64,000 nt of DNA from a virus. A program made the translations under genes and the position numbers. The notes below the pieces were generated by a model that was not told the DNA's origin, did not search any database, and saw nothing but the letters and a program-made list of their open reading frames with translations. Positions 21,504-29,299 of the stretch are shown piece by piece (within the stretch, counting starts at the first letter, position 1; every line of letters starts with the position of its first letter). Location of the stretch: the IMG/VR virus record IMGVR_UViG_3300030114_000522. One strand, given 5' to 3'.

Positions 21504-22106
21504 TCATAATATTTTTTCTACTATTCCAAGTTCTAATGCTAAATTACTATCTATTACATAATCCCAAGATTCTTTATATATAGTATCTAATAATTCATCA
21601 GTCATTTTTGTATGGTCTTTAATTACCTTTTTACTTAACTTCCATAATCTTTCAAGTTCATCACTTTCTCTTTTAAACTTTACTGCTTCTCCTAGCATAC
21701 CACCACTAGGTTGATGACAAAGAAAACTTGAATATTTATAACATAATCTTTTACTACCACATAGTCCAATAAGAAAACTCATTGAAGCACTCATTCCACC
21801 TGTAACGGTAATTATTTCATATCCTTCTAATATCATAGATTCTATAACACTACATAAAAAGAAACCTTGATAACAAATTCCTCCTGGACTATTACATATT
21901 ATAGTAATCGGTTGTCTATCTTTTGCTTCAACATTCTTTAATTCATCTATCTTTTTTATTTTATTTAAACTATAAATTACTTTTGTAACAGAAATTTCAT
22001 CAACTTCTTCATTAAACCAAATCTTTCTGTTTTTCAAAAAATCATTGGTAATCATCTCATTATATACAGAATCAATTGGCTGATATTGTATTCCCATATG
22101 TATCAC
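21504..22106 (-). CDS. ClpP-like serine protease
   Basis: NSPGG, SASMS (Ser), CHQP (His), downstream Asp, ALELGIVEKI. Confidence 0.85.
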   Translation of the reverse strand: MIHMGIQYQPIDSVYNEMITNDFLKNRKIWFNEEVDEISVTKVIYSLNKIKKIDELKNVEAKDRQPITIICNSPGGICYQGFFLCSVIESMILEGYEIITVTGGMSASMSFLIGLCGSKRLCYKYSSFLCHQPSGGMLGEAVKFKRESDELERLWKLSKKVIKDHTKMTDELLDTIYKESWDYVIDSNLALELGIVEKIL

Positions 22107-22138
22107 CTTTTATCCTCATTATTATTTTAATATGTTAT

Positions 22139-23389
22139 TTAGTTTAGCCAAAAATCTTCTTGTCCAGTTTTACCCTTACTTTCTTCAAATGTAAACATAC
22201 TGGCACCTGCTCTTGCAGATTTATGTAATGTCATTGAAAAATCATCAATTCCACATATAGAAGAAACCCTAATACATTGTGCATCTCCAAATTCTCCAAT
22301 ACCTTCAGTTACTAAAGATTGAGAATGTAGATGCCCACCATAAATTAAATCTATTGGTTTCCTATAAATACGTCTAAACCATTTAATAGAATCAATTAGA
22401 TTTTTATCTTCTCCATGATATCCAAATATTTTTACACCCAATATATCAGTATATATAAATGGTAAATCATCATTATGTATTGTAATATTTTTATTATTCT
22501 CAACTCTTAATTCAATAAATTTCATAATTAGTTTATTTACATTCTCGTTAGCAAAATCGCCCTTCTTTCCAGTTAATAAACGCAATTCGTCATGGTTTCC
22601 CCAACATTGGAAATAATCAATATTAACAAATTCACTTAGTCTATTTAACCATGTAGCCATAAATTCACTAAATTCTAATACTGAATCAACAACACCAGTC
22701 TGTAAACTTCTCAATTGTGAAACACGTAAAATTCCGTCAATACAATCTGATAAATTAAATATATTTAAATGTTTTAATTGTTTCTCATTGATTTTATCAA
22801 CCGTTTGGTCAAGTAAATCCCACATTCTTTCTTTAAATATTTCATTATTGTATTCACTAATTATTTCTCCATCAAGTCCTTTAATTAAGCATTCACGTCC
22901 GTAGTGCATATCGCTGATGGTTAAAAGTGATTCTTTCTTTAATTTTTCAATTTTTCTTAATAATGGTACTTCAAAAGGTTTCATTTCTATAATAACCTTT
23001 TCAACATTTTCCCACCATAATTCATCTCTAGCTTGTTCTCTAAGCATTCTATTATATTCTACGTTAATAGTTTGTTGTTTTTTTCTCTCTTTTGATAATT
23101 CCATTTTCTTTAGTTGTAATTCATTTAATATCTTATCTATATCTTCATTTGAATTATTGATTGCCATATTTTCTATTTTGTTTTTATAATATTTTCCAAC
23201 ATTATATCCACCATATTCACTATCATTTGCTTTTCTTAAACTATCTTTATTTCCTTCATAAGATATTAATTCTTTTATATCATCCCACTCTAAATCATCA
23301 GGTCTTTCATTCTTCAATATTTCTACAAGCCTTAATTCATATTCTATATTATCTTCGCCTTGTTTTATTGAATATCTTTCATCTCTCAT
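22139..23389 (-). CDS. Calcineurin-like metallophosphoesterase with N-terminal coiled coil
   Basis: SDMHYG, SDCIDG, GNHD, YHG, GHLH motifs. Confidence 0.85.
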   Translation of the reverse strand: MRDERYSIKQGEDNIEYELRLVEILKNERPDDLEWDDIKELISYEGNKDSLRKANDSEYGGYNVGKYYKNKIENMAINNSNEDIDKILNELQLKKMELSKERKKQQTINVEYNRMLREQARDELWWENVEKVIIEMKPFEVPLLRKIEKLKKESLLTISDMHYGRECLIKGLDGEIISEYNNEIFKERMWDLLDQTVDKINEKQLKHLNIFNLSDCIDGILRVSQLRSLQTGVVDSVLEFSEFMATWLNRLSEFVNIDYFQCWGNHDELRLLTGKKGDFANENVNKLIMKFIELRVENNKNITIHNDDLPFIYTDILGVKIFGYHGEDKNLIDSIKWFRRIYRKPIDLIYGGHLHSQSLVTEGIGEFGDAQCIRVSSICGIDDFSMTLHKSARAGASMFTFEESKGKTGQEDFWLN

Positions 23390-23429
23390 AACTTTCTCCC
23401 TTTATTATTATTTTAATTTATTCTTATGT

Positions 23430-23624
23430 CTATAGTTTAATTAATTCTTCATTTCCACATTTTGAACAATATATTATAATTGTATCTGCATCAACTCTAT
23501 CGAAGTCATTTTTATTAATGTATTCATCAATATTTAATAAATTTTTGCAACCTGTACACTTTTGAGTTTTTTGTCTTTTTCTTTTCATTCTATTACTTTC
23601 TCTTCCATCATCTTTTAATGTCAT
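23430..23624 (-). CDS. Small Zn-ribbon protein
   Basis: CTGC...CSKC; AAGGA RBS. Confidence 0.6.
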   Translation of the reverse strand: MTLKDDGRESNRMKRKRQKTQKCTGCKNLLNIDEYINKNDFDRVDADTIIIYCSKCGNEELIKL

Positions 23625-23671
23625 AATAAATCTTTCCTTTACTATTTAGTTTATCTTTTATTTTTAAATAT

Positions 23672-23720
23672 AATAAAAACTACTAAGCATATTATCTACA
23701 ACGTTCTTAGTGGCTTTATT
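23672..23720 (-). terminator. Intrinsic terminator ending the RNA cluster
   Basis: Minus ATAAAGCCACTAAG...CTTAGTAGTTTTTAT. Confidence 0.55.
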
Positions 23721-23861
23721 TTATATTCATTCATTAATATCTTCACGCCCATATGGATACCACTAGCCTACGTGAATTTATAATGACTTGTACTTCATCA
23801 TTATAATAATTGGAATCAATTTGAGCATAACCTTAAGGTCATAGGCTTGATTAGGTCTTGT

Positions 23862-23947
23862 TGGTGGGAATTGATGGAGTTAAACCACCCGAGTATTTAA
23901 ACAACAGATTTACAGTCTGCCCCGCTATCCCTACGGTATAAATTCCC
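23862..23947 (-). tRNA. tRNA-Tyr (GUA) with encoded CCA
   Basis: Acceptor GGGAATT/AATTCCC-A-CCA, anticodon arm GCAGA-CTGTAAA-TCTGT, long variable arm, T arm GGTGG-TTTAACT-CCATC. Confidence 0.9.
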
Positions 23948-23970
23948 ATATTAAAAGTAAGCTTAACGTA

Positions 23971-24460
23971 CTTACCATGATTGTATTACGACTAATAACC
24001 TATTAGTTATATGATACATATATAAGATGTATAGAACTTCATGTATCTCTAGTTCCTAGAAAACTAAGTTTAATCTAATTAAATAATCTAATCAATCTAG
24101 AGTGACCAATTAGTTTCGATGGTACAGAGATTAAAACTCCTCCATCTTTTAATGTTATTTTTCTACAATAGACAATATACTAAATAACTTTCCCTATTTT
24201 TATCGTTGTTAAGGCACAACTACAGTCACTTTCGTACTGCTGATTTTCTATTTAATTACATATAAATTCTCGCAAGAACTTATAATTTATTTGAATATTT
24301 TCTTTCAGACTATTAGTCCTATTCAAGTTGTGGTAAATATTCAACCCTTGTAAAGTTAATTAAACACCTAATCTTGAAACGATATTTAATTTATTACTTA
24401 ATAGATATACATTGTTATCTATTGTGTTACAGTTTCTCACTTTAGATAAATCATGGTAGG
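23971..24460 (-). ncRNA. Candidate large structured ncRNA domain (~490 nt)
   Basis: Ends pair over 10 bp (TACCATGATT 23973-23982 / AATCATGGTA 24449-24458); many internal hairpins, no ORF. Confidence 0.6.
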
Positions 24461-24485
24461 GAATCACCAAAATTCTATTATTCCC

Positions 24486-24845
24486 ATATGGGCTAAATTC
24501 TTCTTCTTTTGAGCATCTAACTCAATTCAATATTTGTTGGGATTCTATACCCATTCTTAAATCAGTCGGCGTAAAGCCTTTTAAATAAATCACAAGTCCA
24601 AGAAATTACTTTAAAGTAATATGGAACAATATTAAATCTTCATAATCTCACTTGAAGATTGTGCCCTTCAGCTTAAATTCACTGTTATGTTATTGCAATA
24701 AACATTAATCCATTGTAAATTAGGCATGAATCAAACCTATCATTCTTATAACTCACTATATTACACGTTGGTTTTATAGTTACTAACCTCAGATATGATT
24801 AAGTTTAAAAATGTAACCCGTTTGCCATCCTTTGATTACCCATAT
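24486..24845 (-). ncRNA. Candidate second structured RNA domain (~360 nt)
   Basis: Closed by ATATGGG/CCCATAT; internal hairpins; no credible ORF. Confidence 0.4.
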
Positions 24846-25129
24846 TAATTTGGCATATCTGCTTTTCTGCAATCGCCCACCAATTGAGTTGTAACTATCT
24901 CCTCTTTCAATCAATCTACTAGTCTGATTGTAGATAGTTCCCATTTTATATATTAACCACCATTCCACAGTCAATATATTATTTGATTTAAAAGCCGATG
25001 ATTACTATGTAAAAATCAGTTGCTTTTTCTATAACTTGATAGATAAGCTTATAAAATTGTTGTTTTAATGTATTGCTTTATTTCCATTTCTATTAACACT
25101 CCTTAATAGAAATAAATATTTTATTAAAT

Positions 25130-25296
25130 TGCATAGGATGGTCGGTGTATCCATCATTTCAGATACTCTTTCGAGTGCGTAGAGAACCATTTTCTACTTC
25201 TATACAATTCATTGATTCTGTGGCTGGATTTATGTTATTGCTAACTACCCTATCCACCCATTATTTAGTCAAATATCATAATAATGAGTATCTGCT
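25130..25296 (-). ncRNA. Candidate structured RNA (~165 nt)
   Basis: CAGATACTC/GAGTATCTG helix, GTTA-GCAA-TAAC and ACTC-GAAA-GAGT tetraloop hairpins, GATGG/CCATC hairpin. Confidence 0.5.
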
Positions 25297-25313
25297 AATA
25301 TTATATTTACAAA

Positions 25314-25532
25314 TTATTCTTCTTCTTTAGCTTCCTTTTCAACTTTATCAGAAATTGAAATTTTTATATAAGAGTCTCCAAATTTCTTTAAATACTTGTA
25401 AAGGTCAACTTCTCCCTCATCTTCTACTTCTAAAATAAACATACCTTCTTGTAGATTGTCTACGTTTAATGTACCTTCTGCTTTAAATTGGTGGTCAGTT
25501 ATTATCTTTTCTTGTACTTTTGATTTAGCCAT
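25314..25532 (-). CDS. Small protein resembling the SPbeta YonK family
   Basis: 72 aa pattern G.L...F...E....DL...L..F....I.ISI plus SPbeta-like gene order. Confidence 0.5.
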   Translation of the reverse strand: MAKSKVQEKIITDHQFKAEGTLNVDNLQEGMFILEVEDEGEVDLYKYLKKFGDSYIKISISDKVEKEAKEEE

Positions 25533-25533
25533 T

Positions 25534-25668
25534 TTATTTATCTCCTTCTACTTCTATAGTTTTTAATTTATTTTTATTTTCATTTAGAATTTTAACCATC
25601 TTATTTGTGATGTTGTTTATTGATTGATAATTAAATCTTTGTAACTGGCGTTTAGTTGAATTTTTCAT
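25534..25668 (-). CDS. Small hypothetical protein (44 aa, not in the ORF track)
   Basis: MKNSTKRQLQRF...EGDK with AAGGAG RBS; abuts the next gene. Confidence 0.55.
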   Translation of the reverse strand: MKNSTKRQLQRFNYQSINNITNKMVKILNENKNKLKTIEVEGDK

Positions 25669-25711
25669 TTTATTTTCTCTCCTTTAATATGTTAAGTATT
25701 TGTTTAATTTG

Positions 25712-27202
25712 TTATAATGTTATTTGCATATTTTTATAAGATGAAATAACTTTTGTTGTTCTATTAATTTTACTCAATTCAATATCTGATAATCTTTTTA
25801 ATTCAGCTTTAGCTTCACTTGAACCATGCTGAAGTATAACTTTTTGGCAATTGCATTGTTTTATGTAGTTTAAAATGTCTTTTTGTGATGCATGACTACT
25901 AAATGAATAATATCTTTTTACAATACATCTCTTTTTCAATGTATTTCCATCAATATTAACCACATCAATATTATCATCTAATAATTGTCCTCCAACTGTA
26001 TTAGGTGAACAATATCCACAAAATAATATTCCATTATGTGAATCTTGTAACATTTGTTTTGCAAATAAATTACTAAAACCTCCACTAACCATCCCACTAC
26101 TAGATAAAACTAAATAACTTTGAGTTTTAGAAGTAATAAAAGCTTCACAACTTTTTCCATCATTTATGAATTTAAAAGCTTTCCAATTCATAACTTCGTC
26201 CCAATAAGCCAAATCTTCATCATTTAAAACTTCATACATTTTATCATTTATTTTCTTACCTAAATTTGTTGCAATAACAATTGGTTTAGACATATCCCAT
26301 CTATCTTTAAATGTATCATATAACCAACACATCATATTACTCAAACGAGATAAGGCAAAACAAGGAATCATACAAGAATAATTATAATTGAGAAAACCCA
26401 ATATATCTTTTTCTAATTGCTTTCTTTCTTCTATACAAATTCTCTTGTTGAAATTTCTATCTCCTAATCCATAAGTACTTTCTATAAAAAGTATATTTGT
26501 ATTTGATACTGGAACTGTTGGTTCTGTAAAATATGTAAATGAATAATTATCAGTATTTCCTAAGTCACTTGTTATTGTTATTTTCTTTGTTATATTTGTT
26601 TTATGCTTTTTTATAAAAATTTCTAATTGTGTAGAACCAAGTATATGTGAGTTATTTGTAAATCTAAAAGATAAACAATCATCTAAATAATGTATATTGT
26701 CTAAATCATATATATTCATCATATTCATTGTATTATCTAAATCTTTCTCAACAAATAATTCTTTTACATTTCCTTTTATTTTCTTTTTGAATTTATCTTT
26801 ATTTTCTCTCAGATATGCACAATTTTTCATATGAATCTTAATACAATCTTTAAGCATGGGCTTTGATAATATTGCATTTGTTTGTGTAGTTATTATTTTA
26901 CCTTTAAATCCCATTGAAGATAATGCTGGAAATAATCCAATATGATCACAATGTAAATGAACCATGAAGCAATAATCAGACTCTTTAATTGGTATATTCT
27001 CTAACATTTGCTTATTAAGAATATATTCATCAGCCATATCATTGTTTTGTATCATGCCTAATTCAACCAAAATACACTTTCTACCTGTGTCTGATAAATA
27101 TGAAATACTCATATTACTACCTACTACTTCTTCTGATTGATTCCCATTTAAACTTATTACAATTTCATTTTCTTTATTTTTACCTCCCATGATTTTCCCC
27201 AT
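25712..27202 (-). CDS. Metallo-beta-lactamase beta-CASP ribonuclease
   Basis: HLHCDHIG, SHILGS, TSDLG, IESTYG, SSHA, LQHG motifs. Confidence 0.9.
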   Translation of the reverse strand: MGKIMGGKNKENEIVISLNGNQSEEVVGSNMSISYLSDTGRKCILVELGMIQNNDMADEYILNKQMLENIPIKESDYCFMVHLHCDHIGLFPALSSMGFKGKIITTQTNAILSKPMLKDCIKIHMKNCAYLRENKDKFKKKIKGNVKELFVEKDLDNTMNMMNIYDLDNIHYLDDCLSFRFTNNSHILGSTQLEIFIKKHKTNITKKITITSDLGNTDNYSFTYFTEPTVPVSNTNILFIESTYGLGDRNFNKRICIEERKQLEKDILGFLNYNYSCMIPCFALSRLSNMMCWLYDTFKDRWDMSKPIVIATNLGKKINDKMYEVLNDEDLAYWDEVMNWKAFKFINDGKSCEAFITSKTQSYLVLSSSGMVSGGFSNLFAKQMLQDSHNGILFCGYCSPNTVGGQLLDDNIDVVNIDGNTLKKRCIVKRYYSFSSHASQKDILNYIKQCNCQKVILQHGSSEAKAELKRLSDIELSKINRTTKVISSYKNMQITL

Positions 27203-27309
27203 CCACCCACCGATATAAACGGCATATATTTTTATTTTAACTTATTTTTAACTTAGGAGGACAGAATAAACTATATCTAATCAAATCCTCCCAATATTCC
27301 TAAACTGTC

Positions 27310-27591
27310 TTATAATTTAACTTTAATATCTATAAAAGATACTCCATCTTTTTCTTTTTTAGTGAATTTTAAAGCACCTAACTTTATATATTCTCCAACT
27401 TCTAATGGTTCTCCATAACTTTCAATCAATCCATTAACATATTCATTAATATCATCTACAACCTTTTCTTCTTCCACTTTTGCAATTCTGACTTGTTCTG
27501 CTTTTGATTTAAATTCAGTCCCTTTTGTGAATAACTCTATCTTCTTATCTTTTCTAATTTGTCCCATTTTATAATCTCCTCTTTCTTTCAT
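27310..27591 (-). CDS. Small protein, possibly divergent HU/IHF-like
   Basis: Helical N-terminus then GEYIKLGALKFTKK beta arm; lies in the SPbeta yonN (HU) position near the RNAP gene. Confidence 0.4.
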   Translation of the reverse strand: MKERGDYKMGQIRKDKKIELFTKGTEFKSKAEQVRIAKVEEEKVVDDINEYVNGLIESYGEPLEVGEYIKLGALKFTKKEKDGVSFIDIKVKL

Positions 27592-27672
27592 CTTAATTTT
27601 GTTATTATTTTAATATATTTTAAAATCACTTTAACTTTAAATAAAGCGGTGATTTTATTAACTTTTAATTTG

Positions 27673-28155
27673 TTATCTACCATTTAATAATTTTATAATT
27701 CGTATTTGTTGTTCATCTGATATATGATTCCATGCACCACAAATATCATTTAATATATATCCAAAACTATCTTTATTAGGTTCTGCAAATATCTTATATC
27801 CAACTATATCTTCTATAGAATTTAATGTTTTATCATCCATAGAAATATCATTAGTAATTTCTTTTTCAATCTTGTAAATCTTGTGTTCTCTAATATCCTC
27901 ATCTTTTTGTTGCCATGTTGAAACTACTTCTTGAAAATCATCGTCTATTTTCATTTGATAATGTGAATACATATCTGTCCATATATTTTCTTTTCTTATT
28001 AATTCTAAAACTCTTTCATAAGCTTGAATTAAATTTTTATATGTATTTTCCTTTTCGTTGTTTCTGGCTTCGGTAATCTTTTCTTCTAAAACTATTTTTT
28101 CATTTTCTAGAAATTTATTTATCATATTTATTATCTCCTTGATGTCGGTCATCAC
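27673..28155 (-). CDS. Hypothetical protein
   Basis: 160 aa ORF co-oriented with the operon. Confidence 0.6.
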   Translation of the reverse strand: MMTDIKEIINMINKFLENEKIVLEEKITEARNNEKENTYKNLIQAYERVLELIRKENIWTDMYSHYQMKIDDDFQEVVSTWQQKDEDIREHKIYKIEKEITNDISMDDKTLNSIEDIVGYKIFAEPNKDSFGYILNDICGAWNHISDEQQIRIIKLLNGR

Positions 28156-28250
28156 CCAATATATTTTAAAACAACATTTAAGTTGAATTAATCATTTTAT
28201 ATTACTCTAATATATTATTAAATTTTAGTCACCCCACACATCTATTATCT

Positions 28251-28303
28251 TTTCTCTCTAAGACGTAGTTACCTGTTAGTAAACTACGTCAAAGGAGAGA
28301 GAA
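28251..28303. promoter_or_regulatory. Long intergenic hairpin
   Basis: TTCTCTC..GACGTAGTT...AACTACGTC..GAGAGAA. Confidence 0.55.
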
Positions 28304-28447
28304 AGGTTAGAAAGTATTTTATAAAGAATAAAAGGGGATAGAGTAAAAATGTTGAGTATTTTATAATAACACTATACTAATAGGAGGTTACACATACTCA
28401 TTATAAATAAAAATTGAAATTTTATTTAAAGCTAGTGATATAGTCAT

Positions 28448-29299
28448 TTATAAAGGTTTTCTGCTTTCTTCCTTTTTAATTTGTTTACATAAATTTGTTT
28501 GTTTTTGTTTAAATTTTTTTGCACAATCTAAACATTTTTTTTGATTATTTGCTTTTTGTTTGAACAAACTTCTACATTCTTCACATGATTTTATTTTATT
28601 CTCGCCTTTGTAGTAATCAAATATATTACCTAAATTATCAAAATCTTTATTTTTTAATTCATAAAATATCTCTCCATCTTGGCTAATGTCTTTTAAACAA
28701 TCTAGACATATTAATCCACTATGATTATCTAAAGAACTTACTAAACCTTTTTTAACTAATTCATTAATCATATCATCTACTTTATATGTATAATATTTTC
28801 CATCAACTTCATATTTGCCAGTTATATTAGCTAATTTAAATATTTCTTTAAACTTTTTAGAACTTCCACCTATATATAAAGATAGTTTTTTATTTTCCTC
28901 AGTTTGTTGTGGCTGAATTTTTGATAGTTCAAATGATATCTTCTTACTAATCAACATAGATAATAATAGTTTTTTATGTTCATATTCAATATCTATTTTA
29001 TCTATATGTTCTAATTCACTTCTCATAATAGCAATTGAATCCAATACTATTAAATTATTATTCTTTTTTCTACCATCCCTTACTGCACCATCTATAGTTT
29101 TATAGTATTTTATTTTATTAAATTTATTTATATACCTTTCACAAAAATCATAAACTTCTGTTTCTGTATCTTTTTTAGTTTTTCCTAATTCTTTTAAATA
29201 CTTTACTAGTATAACTAATTCATATTTTATAAATCTTGTTTGAAATCCTTCTTCATATATTTTCTTCGCATATTCACGTTCATTATACTTATATTCCAT
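28448..29299 (-). CDS. Hypothetical protein with C-terminal Zn finger, abutting the RNAP gene
   Basis: CEEC...CLDC; start is immediately after the RNAP stop, GAGG RBS inside the RNAP 3' end. Confidence 0.7.
   Translation of the reverse strand: MEYKYNEREYAKKIYEEGFQTRFIKYELVILVKYLKELGKTKKDTETEVYDFCERYINKFNKIKYYKTIDGAVRDGRKKNNNLIVLDSIAIMRSELEHIDKIDIEYEHKKLLLSMLISKKISFELSKIQPQQTEENKKLSLYIGGSSKKFKEIFKLANITGKYEVDGKYYTYKVDDMINELVKKGLVSSLDNHSGLICLDCLKDISQDGEIFYELKNKDFDNLGNIFDYYKGENKIKSCEECRSLFKQKANNQKKCLDCAKKFKQKQTNLCKQIKKEESRKPL

Noticed and set aside
2114-23391. Short plus-strand ORFs antisense to structural and middle genes
   Set aside because: Shadow frames with no RBS and compositions typical of antisense to AT-rich genes.
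24486-24845. tmRNA or RNase P RNA
   Set aside because: Similar size, but no tRNA-like ends, tag frame or GAGGAAAGUCC-type core.
24789-25330. 61-aa ORFs at 24789-24974 and 25145-25330
   Set aside because: Weak starts, no RBS, and they overlap strongly paired RNA elements.
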